Counted from the first letter of the stretch, positions 9,251 to 20,045 are shown. The stretch is DNA of 64,000 nucleotides from Bacteroidales bacterium (GCA_017999895.1 JAGNKY010000012.1:4308-68307), one strand, 5' to 3'. Program-made: numbers and translations. The notes: generated by a model from the letters alone, not told the origin.

Positions 9251-10000
9251 CTATTGAATGAATTCTAACCATGTTTTTGCCATTAGTCGGGCACCGGCTA
9301 TTGAAGGATGAACTCCGTCGCCAGTCCAATATGAACCAGGTGCTCGTTTTTGTGCTTCATTGTACACTTTCTGAAATGGTACAAAAACAGCATTGTATTT
9401 ATAAGCTAACTCCTTTGCCGTTCTCTGGTAGTCATAAAACTCTGGATACCATTTTTCATCTACAGCTTTTACACCCGGAACAGCGAATGGTTCGCATATT
9501 ATCAGCTTAACATCAGGTAGGGCTTTTTTAGTTCTCAGGATAAGCTCATCATAGTCGCCTTTGTATTTTTCGATAGTTCCGTTATAGTTTCCGTTAAGTG
9601 TATGCCAGATATCATTAACTCCTATTAGAATGCTCAGAACCGATGGCTTTATCTCGAGGCAATCTTTGTCCCATCTTTCAGCAAGCTGAAAGACTTTATT
9701 ACCCGAAATTCCCCTGTTATAGATTTTCAAGTCGAGTTGAGCATATTTCTCGAGCAAATCAGCTCCTGCCATAAAGACATAACCTGAACCAAGTGATGAA
9801 GGATTATTAAAACCTTCATTTTGCTTGTTTCTTCCAGCATCGGTTATTGAATCCCCCTGAAAAAGTATAACATCGCCTTTTTTTAAAGGCACTTTTTTAG
9901 GCTTGACCTCCGCCATAGAGGCTGACAAAATTTCCGGGATGCAGGCCGCCATAAAGCTTCCTGCTGTCGCTTTTTTTATAAAATTGCGTCTGCTGTTCAT
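9251..10000 (-). CDS. SGNH/GDSL-family hydrolase (esterase), Tat-like signal
   Basis: 249 aa. MNSRRNFIKKATAGS is an RR motif. Block I is FQGDSITDAGR, with later GxND (LIGVNDIW) and DGVHP blocks. Confidence 0.8.
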   Translation of the reverse strand: MNSRRNFIKKATAGSFMAACIPEILSASMAEVKPKKVPLKKGDVILFQGDSITDAGRNKQNEGFNNPSSLGSGYVFMAGADLLEKYAQLDLKIYNRGISGNKVFQLAERWDKDCLEIKPSVLSILIGVNDIWHTLNGNYNGTIEKYKGDYDELILRTKKALPDVKLIICEPFAVPGVKAVDEKWYPEFYDYQRTAKELAYKYNAVFVPFQKVYNEAQKRAPGSYWTGDGVHPSIAGARLMAKTWLEFIQ

Positions 10001-10017
10001 AATAATAAATTATATTA

Positions 10018-11469
10018 TTACACTTCATCTTTTAATATACCAATCGGTTTTTTCAAACCATTACAATAAAACAGAAATAATACTAGAGCTGCTAGTGAAG
10101 TCAGACAGCCGACAGGGTAAGCCACAGAACCTGGAAGTGCAAAACCCTCGGGTGCAAAGAGTATATAAGTTACTGAAACGGCTGTCATAAATACTGCAGG
10201 GATAAGAGTGATCCAGTAAAGTTTATTCTCCCTTACAAGATATATTGTTTCAGCCCAAAGGACTATCATAGCAAGAGTCTGATTCGACCATGCAAAATAT
10301 CGCCATATAACGCTGAAATCAAATCTTGTAATAAGAAAACCAATAGCAAATAATGGCAAGCTTATCAGAAGCCGATTTTTAATCGGGCCTTGTTTGATTT
10401 TAAGAAAATCGGCAACTATGAGTCTCGCTCCTCGGAAAGCTGTATCGCCTGATGTAATCGGCGCAACCACAACGCCTAAAAGAGCAATAACGCCACCAAA
10501 TGTTCCGAGAAGAGAATATGAAACCTGATTTACAAGTATGGCCGCATTTCCTTTATTTACAGTCATCACATCATTTAGCTCATTAATCCCTCCCCAGAAG
10601 CTCATTCCGATAGTTGCCCATATCATTGCAACAATAGCTTCTGCGATCATTGCGCCGTAAAAGACTCTCCTTCCAAGTTTTTCATTTTTAATGCACCGGG
10701 CCATTAATGGTGACTGTGTAGAATGAAATCCTGAAATAGCACCGCATGCAATGGTTATGAACATCATCGGAAACACCGGAAATTTATCAGAGTTTACATG
10801 AAAATTGTGCAGGTTTGCAGGAGTTAGTTCGGGGATATGATAACCTTTTACGAAAAGTGCTGTAATCAATACCACTGCCATAAAAACTAATACAAATCCA
10901 AAAAATGGATAAATCTTTCCGATTATTTTATCAATTGGAAGTAGAGTTGCAAATATATAGTAAGCGAACACAACCCAGACCCAGAAAGTCATGGAAAAAA
11001 AGTCGGGTGTCATTCCGGCAAGTATTTCCGAAGGGCCCATAATAAACACTGCTCCAACGAGAACCATTAGAATAACCGTAAAAACGCGCATGAACTGTTT
11101 AACGCCGTTTCCAAGATATATTCCTACAATTTCAGTGATACTTAGTCCGTTATGATATACCGAAAGCATTCCTGAAAGGTAATCGTGGACAGCACCGGCG
11201 AAAACTGAACCAAAAATAATCCATAAATAAGCAACGGGCCCCCACATCGCACCGGTAATAGCACCAAATATAGGACCAAGTCCGGCAATATTAAGAAATT
11301 GTATAAGAAAAGCTTTACTCCACGGCATAGGTATGTAATCCACACCATCGTTAATTTTATATGCAGGTGTTGTCCGTGATGAATCAGCTCCGAAAATTTT
11401 TTCAATAAACTTTGAATAACAAAAATATCCTAGAAGAAGAATAACAATGCCGCAAATAAATGTAATCAT
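10018..11469 (-). CDS. cstA: Carbon starvation protein A family transporter
   Basis: 483 aa polytopic membrane protein. The N-terminal region (PMPWSKAFLIQFLNIAGLGPIFGAITGAMWGP, AGAVHDYLSGMLS) matches my memory of CstA. Confidence 0.8.
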   Translation of the reverse strand: MITFICGIVILLLGYFCYSKFIEKIFGADSSRTTPAYKINDGVDYIPMPWSKAFLIQFLNIAGLGPIFGAITGAMWGPVAYLWIIFGSVFAGAVHDYLSGMLSVYHNGLSITEIVGIYLGNGVKQFMRVFTVILMVLVGAVFIMGPSEILAGMTPDFFSMTFWVWVVFAYYIFATLLPIDKIIGKIYPFFGFVLVFMAVVLITALFVKGYHIPELTPANLHNFHVNSDKFPVFPMMFITIACGAISGFHSTQSPLMARCIKNEKLGRRVFYGAMIAEAIVAMIWATIGMSFWGGINELNDVMTVNKGNAAILVNQVSYSLLGTFGGVIALLGVVVAPITSGDTAFRGARLIVADFLKIKQGPIKNRLLISLPLFAIGFLITRFDFSVIWRYFAWSNQTLAMIVLWAETIYLVRENKLYWITLIPAVFMTAVSVTYILFAPEGFALPGSVAYPVGCLTSLAALVLFLFYCNGLKKPIGILKDEV

Positions 11470-11560
11470 TTGATAAGTTTATTTTTAGTAAGACATTGAA
11501 ATTGCTTAGAATAAATAATCATAACTGTATTTATGATTAACTTGAAATCAGAGAAATATT

Positions 11561-12637
11561 TTATAAATTAAGTTTATACCATTTAACAGCATTTTGATAA
11601 TATATTTTGTCAACAACTTTACGTGGGAGTTTAAGCCCCGCGAATTTGCCCCTGAATTTATCAGATGTCATTTCGAAGCTTGTAGTGAAATATCTCCAAT
11701 CGTCGGTCCAGGTTTTATGTATTCTCTCTTTAACAGCCCTGGGATCACTGCTCCCATTGTAACCAATATCAGTTCCATATAAAAGCCTGTCCTGATATTT
11801 TATACAGAAGTCACGAACTTTTTTTCTATCGGTAAGGGACTGATATTGCAAATGACATATTCGTGCCGACATATCAACAGCCATATTTGGATATTTATCA
11901 AGCCGTTTTGCAAGTGAGTCGACATTCCATTCAAGGCTCCCGAGATGGCATCCTATAAACGTCAGATCGGGATTTTTTTCGAGAAAATGATCGCGTGCGT
12001 TAATCTGGTCTTCATACGACGGATAATCGGGATGGAGGTACATGTGATATTGAGGATTCCGGGCAAAATAGCTACTGTCGCTCGAAACTGTCATCTTATC
12101 GAGTGGCAGCCAGCAGTTTCTTGGTTCACCCAGATGGCCTGTAATCGGAAGATTTTTTGATTTAATAAAATTCACAACCGGGTCGAGGCCAGGATCATCA
12201 ACCATTATGAACTTTCCGGTTCTGTCGCGAAGAGTCATCCCAATATTTTTCCAAATTTTTACCGTCACGGCTCCTTCAGAGATATCCCTGTCGAGTTGTG
12301 CAATAATTTTACGGCTCCATTCTTCTGTTCCCCATCCGGCAGTATCGAAATAAAATGAAACACCGAAAAAGACTTTCCCAGGATGTTTCCTGAAACTGTT
12401 CACTGCATAATTTAATTGCTTTCTGAGGTCTGCAGAATCGGAATGGTCAACATTCAATGTCAAAAGAATAAAATTGTCTGCTTCGGCTTGTTCCTCAAAA
12501 ACACCATCATCGCTGTCAATATGAACATGGGCATCAACCTTCGGAACATTTGCAAAATCATCTTCAAAATAAAAATTTGTTTTACACCCTGTTATAATAA
12601 TCGCAGCAAATAAAATTATAAAGAATAATCTTTTCAT
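11561..12637 (-). CDS. Amidohydrolase-superfamily metal hydrolase, lipoprotein (possible lactonase-type enzyme)
   Basis: 358 aa. The lipoprotein signal is FAAIIITGC. An HxH metal motif (VDAHVHID) starts a TIM-barrel hydrolase. The specific substrate cannot be read from the sequence. Confidence 0.6.
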   Translation of the reverse strand: MKRLFFIILFAAIIITGCKTNFYFEDDFANVPKVDAHVHIDSDDGVFEEQAEADNFILLTLNVDHSDSADLRKQLNYAVNSFRKHPGKVFFGVSFYFDTAGWGTEEWSRKIIAQLDRDISEGAVTVKIWKNIGMTLRDRTGKFIMVDDPGLDPVVNFIKSKNLPITGHLGEPRNCWLPLDKMTVSSDSSYFARNPQYHMYLHPDYPSYEDQINARDHFLEKNPDLTFIGCHLGSLEWNVDSLAKRLDKYPNMAVDMSARICHLQYQSLTDRKKVRDFCIKYQDRLLYGTDIGYNGSSDPRAVKERIHKTWTDDWRYFTTSFEMTSDKFRGKFAGLKLPRKVVDKIYYQNAVKWYKLNL

Positions 12638-12740
12638 AATTAGAAATCTTATTCAGGAAATAAAAATAATAATTTGCATTAAAAATATAACATTTCTTAA
12701 TTTTACAAGAATCGTACGTAATTGATAATTTATATATCAT

Positions 12741-13877
12741 TTAATTAACAAAACCTTTTAGCCTGCCATCGAAATCTTTTCTGTTTTCTGGCAGTATAGG
12801 CCACTTTACGGGTTTATTGTCTCTTGCCGACCTGTATATAGCTGTAAAAATTTCGACCGTCACCCTTCCATCTTCACCGGTAACAAGTGGTTCTTTATTG
12901 TTAAGTATGGCACGCAAAAAATCCTCTATTTGGCGTTCGTGATAGTATTCCATTGGGTTTGGCAGGGAAAGAAAAAATTCACTGTCTTCCTTAACCATTT
13001 CTCCGAGCATATTTTCTTCTCCCGGGATAGTCCAGATATCGTTCACGGGTGGTTCGAGAATACTTGACATTCCAGCCACAAACATTGCTCCGCCGTCGGT
13101 CTGAACGCCTGCAGAAGCACCATTTTTACCGTGGACATGAACCTTTCCGTATATCCCGGGCTTCTGGGAATTCGAGACAACGATATTGCCCAGAGCACCG
13201 TCCTTAAATTTTATTATTGCAAGAGCAGTATCTTCAACTTCAATATATGGGTGATTTAAATTCGACCAGATACCGAACAGCTCCACAGGCTCACCCATAA
13301 ACCATTGAAGAAGATCAAGTTGATGAGGAGCTTGATTAACGAGCACTCCCCCTCCTTCGCCCAGCCATGAGCCTCTCCATGGATCGCTTCTGTAATAATT
13401 TTCATCTCTCCATCCAAGCATGGTTACCGTACCCAGAACAGGTTTGCCCAGTTTGCCGGAATCAATAGCATTCTTAACTCTCTGGACTGGATGATACCAT
13501 CGGCGCTGTGAAACCACACCTATTTGTTTATTACATTTTTTTGCCGTTGCGAGCATTGCATCACAGTCATCAATAGATGAAGCCATAGGTTTTTCAATCA
13601 GGACATGTGCACCTGCTTCCATTGCTTCTATAGCGGGCCTTTTATGATAAGGATGCGGAGTGCATATCACAGCCACATCTATTTTCTCATTAATAACCAT
13701 TTCACTTACATCTGTATATCCCTTTGCACCATAGCGTGAAGCGAAATCATCAGCTTTTTCCTTTTTGGAACTGCAAACAGCCGTGAAATGTGATTCAGGA
13801 AGTCGCCATAGTGCGGCAGCATGTAATGGAGTAACCTTGCCTACACCTATAACTGCTGTTTTAAGTTTTTCTTTCAT
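12741..13877 (-). CDS. Gfo/Idh/MocA-family oxidoreductase (no signal, cytoplasmic)
   Basis: 378 aa. Rossmann start KTAVIGVGKV and the EKP motif (VLIEKPMAS). Confidence 0.85.
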   Translation of the reverse strand: MKEKLKTAVIGVGKVTPLHAAALWRLPESHFTAVCSSKKEKADDFASRYGAKGYTDVSEMVINEKIDVAVICTPHPYHKRPAIEAMEAGAHVLIEKPMASSIDDCDAMLATAKKCNKQIGVVSQRRWYHPVQRVKNAIDSGKLGKPVLGTVTMLGWRDENYYRSDPWRGSWLGEGGGVLVNQAPHQLDLLQWFMGEPVELFGIWSNLNHPYIEVEDTALAIIKFKDGALGNIVVSNSQKPGIYGKVHVHGKNGASAGVQTDGGAMFVAGMSSILEPPVNDIWTIPGEENMLGEMVKEDSEFFLSLPNPMEYYHERQIEDFLRAILNNKEPLVTGEDGRVTVEIFTAIYRSARDNKPVKWPILPENRKDFDGRLKGFVN

Positions 13878-13893
13878 ATCAACAGGCTTTTAT

Positions 13894-14931
13894 TTATGGT
13901 TTCAAAACAACTTTCAGTAATTGTGGTTCCCTGTTATATAACTTTTTGAACCATTCGGCCCCTTCCGACAGTGGAGCTTCGGCTGAAAGAAGTGATTCAA
14001 CATTTACTTCTCCTCTTGCCATCATGTCGAGCACTGATGAGTACTCGCCGCATAGTGCACAGCTTCCCTGAATCCTGACCTGCCGGGTAACTACTGACTG
14101 TAAAGGAATTTTTACAACCGGAGAGATATTTCCAACGAGTACAACTGTACCGCCTTTCCTGGCCGAATCAATTGATATACTTACTGTTTCCTGAATACCT
14201 GCAGCTTCATAAACTATATCAGCACCTCTTCCTGAAGTCATTTCCATTATCTTTTCCATGACGTTTTCCGAACGAGGATTGATGATAAAATCAGCTCCAA
14301 GATTTTTAGCTTTTTCAAGTTTGAAATCATCAATATCTATTGCGAAAATATTACCGCATCCTCGCGACCTTGCAATCTGAATAATAAAAAGGCCTATTAT
14401 TCCTGTGCCTGCAACAACAACGCTATCATCCCAGTTGAGGCATGCCAGGTTAACGGCATGTGCAGCAACAGCAGCAGGTTCGACCATAGCTGCCTGAGTG
14501 AAAGATACATTCTCAGGTATTCTGTAAAGGATATGCTGAGGAATATTAACAAATTCAGCAAAAGCTCCATGCCGCCTGTATTCATTAGTAGCAACACCCA
14601 GTACCATTCTGTTATCGCTCAGGTTGTACAAGCCTTTGAGTGTGTACCAGTCGTCGAGCGGATAAATCGTCGAATCGAAAGTTACTCTGTCTCCTTCATT
14701 CCACTTTGTTACTGCCTGACCTTTACCGACAATTACGCCTGCGGCCTCGTGTCCCATTATCAACGGCGGGATTCTTCGACCTGTACTGCCATCTATTCCG
14801 TGTACGTCGCTTCCACAGATACCGGCAGCATGAACCTTAACAAGTACTTCGTCGCGTCCTGGTTCAGGATCAGGCCAGTCGCGATATACAAGCTTATTAT
14901 ATTCCTCGAGAACAAGTGCTTTCATTTCCAA
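13894..14931 (-). CDS. Zinc-dependent alcohol/polyol dehydrogenase (MDR family, sorbitol/threonine dehydrogenase-like)
   Basis: 345 aa. It has the catalytic-zinc motif AAGICGSDVH with GHE(AAG), and an NAD fold VVVAGTGIIG. Confidence 0.85.
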   Translation of the reverse strand: MEMKALVLEEYNKLVYRDWPDPEPGRDEVLVKVHAAGICGSDVHGIDGSTGRRIPPLIMGHEAAGVIVGKGQAVTKWNEGDRVTFDSTIYPLDDWYTLKGLYNLSDNRMVLGVATNEYRRHGAFAEFVNIPQHILYRIPENVSFTQAAMVEPAAVAAHAVNLACLNWDDSVVVAGTGIIGLFIIQIARSRGCGNIFAIDIDDFKLEKAKNLGADFIINPRSENVMEKIMEMTSGRGADIVYEAAGIQETVSISIDSARKGGTVVLVGNISPVVKIPLQSVVTRQVRIQGSCALCGEYSSVLDMMARGEVNVESLLSAEAPLSEGAEWFKKLYNREPQLLKVVLKP

Positions 14932-15040
14932 TCAATATCATTTAAAACACCGAAAAATACTGATTTTAAAGTTTCTTATTTTGATTTCATAATTAATTTT
15001 ATGAATGAACAGAAAAACATTATTAAGACATTTAATGAAA

Positions 15041-15129
15041 CGCCGATTTAGGCGGATCTTCAAGCGCGGATTATATCAAACTAATCGGCGTTAATCCGCG
15101 GTAATCAATCTGCGTCAATACGCGTGCTA
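15041..15129 (-). repeat. Diverged partial copy of the CGGAT/ATCCG repeat family (GCGGAT variant)
   Basis: The reverse complement starts tagcacgcgtattgacgcagattgattaccgcggatta. The long copy at 62231 starts tagcacgcggattacgcggattttacggattt, so the first 9 nt are identical. It contains a perfect 9-bp inverted repeat: cgcggatta (15065..15073) and taatccgcg (15092..15100). Confidence 0.5.
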
Positions 15130-15221
15130 TAAAAATAAAATATTGTTTTTATTAAAAATAAAGTGGCCCGATAAAAACCGAACCACCTTAATATATTTCA
15201 TGTTTTAAATTATGTAATACT

Positions 15222-16103
15222 CTATTGAGGCATTACCACATATTCGGCATTATTAAGAAATTCGAGGCTCTTCTGGCAGCTTGTGAACTCGTCATAATTA
15301 TATCTTTCAACTTCCACTATTCCGTATTTCATACCGGAAATGGCTGAAGCTGCCCATATTTTAGCAAAATCCATTTTCCCGCTTGCTCCTACTTCTGCTT
15401 CATCTTTGATATGCCATAATTCAAAACGGCCGGGATATTTATTAAAATATTCCACAGGGTCGGCCCCTCCTTCAACGCACCAGTAAAGATCTATCTCGAA
15501 AAAGACTTTTGACGGGTCGGTATTCTGCAACATATAATCGTAAAGTACTATCGTACTGTCGAATACTGTTTTGAACTCCATGCTATGGTTGTGATATCCA
15601 AACTTTAAACCGGCTTTACTGCATTTTTCACCTACAGCATTAAAATAATCACAATATTTTTTTATTCCATCGAGACTTTCATAAGCTTCGCGACCCATTG
15701 AGGGTTGAACAATATATTTGGCTCCAACAGCGACATGAGCGGCAATACAGGTATCCCACCATGCCATTGTACTCTCCACATTTTTTGAATCAGGTGCTGG
15801 CTGGCCTGTATGAGAACTCAGAACATAAATTCCATTTTTTTCACAAATAGACTTAAACTCTTCAGGGGACAGGCCATAGAATTTTCCGTTCGCATAGCCT
15901 GCAGGTTCTACAAATTTATATCCCATTTGCGCTATTTTCTTGATAGCTCCAGGCACGTCTCTGTTAATTGAATCGCGTATCGAGTATAACTGCAATCCAA
16001 TATTTTTACCTTCTGGCTTTTTAGTACAAGAATTAAATGTCAATGCCGCAGTTAAGCTGAAAACCGACAGCAACAATAAAGCAAAAACGTTTTTTGTTTT
16101 CAT
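15222..16103 (-). CDS. Xylose-isomerase-like TIM-barrel protein, Sec lipoprotein
   Basis: 293 aa. The signal ends LTFNSC. Barrel features include IGLQLYSIRD, GYKFVE, YHNH and WHIKD. Confidence 0.75.
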   Translation of the reverse strand: MKTKNVFALLLLSVFSLTAALTFNSCTKKPEGKNIGLQLYSIRDSINRDVPGAIKKIAQMGYKFVEPAGYANGKFYGLSPEEFKSICEKNGIYVLSSHTGQPAPDSKNVESTMAWWDTCIAAHVAVGAKYIVQPSMGREAYESLDGIKKYCDYFNAVGEKCSKAGLKFGYHNHSMEFKTVFDSTIVLYDYMLQNTDPSKVFFEIDLYWCVEGGADPVEYFNKYPGRFELWHIKDEAEVGASGKMDFAKIWAASAISGMKYGIVEVERYNYDEFTSCQKSLEFLNNAEYVVMPQ

Positions 16104-16209
16104 TTTAACAGGTTTAATGATTAGTTAGCAATAGTATGAAATCCTATAAAATTATAAAGTTAATAAAAAATCGTCATAAAAATAATAATTCGTAACAATT
16201 TATTAACTC

Positions 16210-18651
16210 TTATTTCACAATGTCAATTGTAAAGGTAAGACTGTTAAGACCCTCACCTGAAATTTTTACATTTGCCTTTCCAGGAATATCTGAAGATTGA
16301 AGATAAATCAGCAATTTACCATGAAAGGCATTTTGCATATTATCCTTATAATCTTCTGTGTTTCGGGGGTTTGCATCTTCCATACCGAGGAGCTTAAGAG
16401 GTCCTGTAATTTCACAAGTTATTTTGTTTGAAGCATCATAAACCGGATTTCCTTTGTTGTCGGTTATGGTGATATATATTCTCGAAATATCTGTTCTGTT
16501 TGCTTTAATAGTCATAGCATCGCACAAAGCCTTTATCTTTTCAGGTTTTCCGTATGTATAGAGAGTGCATGTTGAAGTAATTAACCCTTTATTTTTTGCT
16601 ACTGCCTTCAGTTCCCCCGGTTCGAATGGCACATCCCATGAGATTGTCCTGTTTGTAAAATCTGCCAGCTTCTTTACGCCGAGCGATTTATCATTCAGAT
16701 AAAGTTCTACCTCTTCGCAGTTCGTAAATGCATTTACACTAATTATCTGACCTTCTTTGTAATTCCATAGCGGTTCCACTCTTTTATGTGCCCACAGGTT
16801 TTCAGGTTCAGTATAAGTGTTCCTGTCTGTTGTTCCCAACCATACCATAGGTTTGTTACTCCATAAGCTCTGCCTGAAAAAGAACTCAGGCTTTTTATTA
16901 CCTGCAAGGTCAATTAGTCCCGAAGTGCTATGCCGTGAAGGGTACTGGCCTGCTTCTCCAAGATATTCAATTCCTGTCCATAAAAATTGTCCGGCAACAT
17001 AATCGTTCTGCTCGACAGCTTTCCAGGCTTCGAGGCTCATTCCGTTTTCACTGCCATAAAGTGGCCTGGCAGGGTATTTCTTATGATCGCTTTCATATCT
17101 GAATTCCTGATAGTTATAGCCTACAACATCAAGGGCATCGGTATAGCCTACTTCGTTCGATATCAGTGCAGATGCAAGCCCCGCTGTGACAGGCCGGGTT
17201 TTATCAAATTTCTTAATGGTCGAAGCAAGCTCTGATGCAATTTCGCCAAGACGCTCCGCACGATGGAGCCTCTCATCAAATTTTGCCCATGTTTGAGGAT
17301 TTGCCTCAGTATTAAGTATCGGATGAGTATACGGGTCGTTCGGATAATCAATTTCATTTCCGATACTCCACATGATAACTGATGGGTGGTTACGGTCACG
17401 CAGAACAAAATCTGTAAGGTCTTTTATAGCCCACTCTTTAAAATATTCCGCATAACCGTCTTTACCTGGAACCCCTTTGTTCCAGCCTTCTATCCATTTC
17501 TTTTTAGGTAGCTCCCATTCGTCGAATGCTTCATCTATTACTAAAAAACCGATACTATCACAAATATTTAGAAAATCAGGTGAATAAGGATTATGACTTG
17601 TTCTTATAGCATTAGAACCCATTTCCTTAAGTAGAAGCAAACGTCGTTCGATCTCGCTCTTCGGTACGGCTGAACCAAGTGCTCCAGCGTCGTGATGAAG
17701 ACAGACGCCTTTTAGCTTCATATTTATACCATTGATACTGAATCCTTTATCAGGATCAAAATTAAAATATCTTATTCCTGCCTTGGTAACAATCTTATCA
17801 CTAAATCTCCTGCCTTTAACCGTTGTGACAAGTGTATAAAGATGAGGATTATCGATACTCCATAGTATAGGTCGCTGAACAACAAGCTTTTGTACTGTTA
17901 TCGTTTCACTGGTCGGCAAGAGAATTACCGGTGATGAAACCTCAGTAATAATCTCATTTCCGTCATATAACACAGTGGTTAATTCAATCTCACCTTTTTT
18001 ATCTTTTTCATTAATTACTCTTACCTGCAGATCTATCTCGGCTTCGTCATTATCAATTACTCTGGTTGTATAGTTTACACCCCACAATCCTATATGTATC
18101 TCCGGAGTAAAAATGAGTTTAACATTCCGATAAATTCCGGAGCCGGTATACCAGCGCGAATCGGCATATTTACTATGGTCTACCTTAACAGATATAATAT
18201 TCGTTTTGCCGTATTTAAGAAAAGGAGTTATATTATATTGAAAGGATATATATCCATTAGGCCTTTTCCCGAGATAGTTGCCGTTAATCCATATTTCACT
18301 GTTATTATAAATTCCTTCGAACATTACAAATACGTTCCCTTTTTTCCACGAACGTGGTATATCAAAAGTCTTCCGGTACCATCCAATTCCTCCAGGAAGA
18401 TATCCGGTGCAACTCGCCCATTTTGGGCTGAATGGGCCTTCAATGCTCCAATCGTGAGGAATATCGAGCGTCCTCCATCCCGAGTCATCAAATTCAGGAG
18501 TTTGTGCATCCGGAAAATCACCCTTGATAAATTTCCAGCCAAAATTGAAATTAATTTCTTCACGATTAATATTTTGTGCATTAAGTGAAATAGTCGTTAA
18601 CGCAAAGACTACAATCATGCTAAAACCAATACTTAAATAAATTTTTTTCAT
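16210..18651 (-). CDS. Glycoside hydrolase family 2 (beta-galactosidase-like)
   Basis: 813 aa with a signal peptide. It has a GH2 sugar-binding N-terminus (WRTLDIPHDWS) and the catalytic region NHPSVIMWSIGNE. Length and domain order are typical of Bacteroidota GH2 enzymes. Confidence 0.85.
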   Translation of the reverse strand: MKKIYLSIGFSMIVVFALTTISLNAQNINREEINFNFGWKFIKGDFPDAQTPEFDDSGWRTLDIPHDWSIEGPFSPKWASCTGYLPGGIGWYRKTFDIPRSWKKGNVFVMFEGIYNNSEIWINGNYLGKRPNGYISFQYNITPFLKYGKTNIISVKVDHSKYADSRWYTGSGIYRNVKLIFTPEIHIGLWGVNYTTRVIDNDEAEIDLQVRVINEKDKKGEIELTTVLYDGNEIITEVSSPVILLPTSETITVQKLVVQRPILWSIDNPHLYTLVTTVKGRRFSDKIVTKAGIRYFNFDPDKGFSINGINMKLKGVCLHHDAGALGSAVPKSEIERRLLLLKEMGSNAIRTSHNPYSPDFLNICDSIGFLVIDEAFDEWELPKKKWIEGWNKGVPGKDGYAEYFKEWAIKDLTDFVLRDRNHPSVIMWSIGNEIDYPNDPYTHPILNTEANPQTWAKFDERLHRAERLGEIASELASTIKKFDKTRPVTAGLASALISNEVGYTDALDVVGYNYQEFRYESDHKKYPARPLYGSENGMSLEAWKAVEQNDYVAGQFLWTGIEYLGEAGQYPSRHSTSGLIDLAGNKKPEFFFRQSLWSNKPMVWLGTTDRNTYTEPENLWAHKRVEPLWNYKEGQIISVNAFTNCEEVELYLNDKSLGVKKLADFTNRTISWDVPFEPGELKAVAKNKGLITSTCTLYTYGKPEKIKALCDAMTIKANRTDISRIYITITDNKGNPVYDASNKITCEITGPLKLLGMEDANPRNTEDYKDNMQNAFHGKLLIYLQSSDIPGKANVKISGEGLNSLTFTIDIVK

Positions 18652-18899
18652 TTTTACTTCAGATATTATTATGATTAAAAGATTAAAATTAAATATTACC
18701 AGCGAATTCGTACAATTTAAATTGTAATTCTTTATTATTTTTATTAATCAATGATATTGTTAAAGAATGTTAAGTACTCAAAAGAAAAGAGAAACAGTTA
18801 TAGGAAATAATTTTAAAAATTATCTTTGAAAGAAAATTAATAATTAATGTAGAATAAAAACGATAAACTTTAAACGAAACAACCTAAAATAACTTTTAT

Positions 18900-19895
18900 A
18901 TGAGCAGACCAGTTACACTTTTTACCGGACAATGGGCCGATATTAAACTCGAAGAACTTTGCAAGAAAGCGAAGGAATTCGGATACGAAGGCCTGGAACT
19001 CGCATGCTGGGGCGACCATTTTGAAGTCAACAAAGCCGATGCTGCATACTGTAAAGCAAAGAAAGATTTGCTTGCAAAATACGGATTGAAACTATATGCT
19101 ATTTCGAACCATCTAGTCGGACAGGCAGTATGTGACCGCATTGATCAGAGGCATAAAAGTATCTTACCCGATTATATCTGGAGCGACGGTTATCCTGAAA
19201 GAATAAATCAGAGAGCTGCACAGGAAATGATGAAAACTGCTGAAGCTGCTGCCCGTCTTGGAGTTGAAGTAGTTAACGGTTTCACTGGAAGTCCGATATG
19301 GCATCTGTTATACTCATTTCCTGCAGTCTCACCATCGATGATTGATGATGGCTATAATGAATTTGCCTCAAAATGGATACCTATTCTTGACAGATTCAAA
19401 CAGCTTGGAATAAAATTTGCACTCGAAGCTCACCCTACGGAAGTTGCTTTCGATATAGCATCAGCTCAGCGAACCCTTAATGCAATTAATAATCATCCGG
19501 CTTTCGGTTTCAACTTCGATCCTTCACATTTCGGATATCAAGGCGTTGATTATGTAAAATTTATTTATACGTTTGCCGACAGGATTTTCCACGTACACAT
19601 GAAAGATGTTTACTGGTCAGATATACCTACTGATGCAGGAGTATTCGGAGGCCACACTGAATTTGGAGCCAAAGGAAGATACTGGGATTTCAGAAGTCTT
19701 GGAAGAGGTAAAATCAAATTCGAAGAAATTATAAGAGCTCTTAATAGAATAGGATATAACGGACCATTATCGGTTGAATGGGAGGATAGCGGCATGGATC
19801 GTGAGTTTGGTGCAAAAGAAGCAGCCGCTTTCGTAAAGAAAATAGATTTTCCACCCTCTGAGATGGCATTTGATGCTGCATTTGAAAAAAGATAA
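18900..19895 (+). CDS. Xylose-isomerase-like TIM-barrel protein (cytoplasmic)
   Basis: 331 aa with no signal. Features include [26 protein letters not shown] and LSVEWED. It is paired with the downstream Gfo/Idh/MocA gene. Confidence 0.75.
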   Translation: MSRPVTLFTGQWADIKLEELCKKAKEFGYEGLELACWGDHFEVNKADAAYCKAKKDLLAKYGLKLYAISNHLVGQAVCDRIDQRHKSILPDYIWSDGYPERINQRAAQEMMKTAEAAARLGVEVVNGFTGSPIWHLLYSFPAVSPSMIDDGYNEFASKWIPILDRFKQLGIKFALEAHPTEVAFDIASAQRTLNAINNHPAFGFNFDPSHFGYQGVDYVKFIYTFADRIFHVHMKDVYWSDIPTDAGVFGGHTEFGAKGRYWDFRSLGRGKIKFEEIIRALNRIGYNGPLSVEWEDSGMDREFGAKEAAAFVKKIDFPPSEMAFDAAFEKR

Positions 19896-20045
19896 TTTCT
19901 CAAAATATCCCGAAATGATTTCGCTTTTGGTTTTGCCTGGATAATGTTACCTAATTATAAAACAAATTATATAACTGTTTTAATGTTATTAATCGTTCGG
20001 GAAGTAAAAAGTTATTCAGCAAATAATAACTAAAAAGCATTTGTC

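Noticed and set aside
14458-15051. Long antisense ORFs inside confidently called genes. Examples: 14458..15051, 18094..18588, 29542..30009, 53404..53841, 53357..53743, 60823..61218, 49263..49616, 42269..42598.
   Set aside because: Each lies opposite a gene with strong family motifs. Their translations are low-complexity or Cys/Ser/Arg-rich with no recognisable domain. They are typical shadow ORFs.
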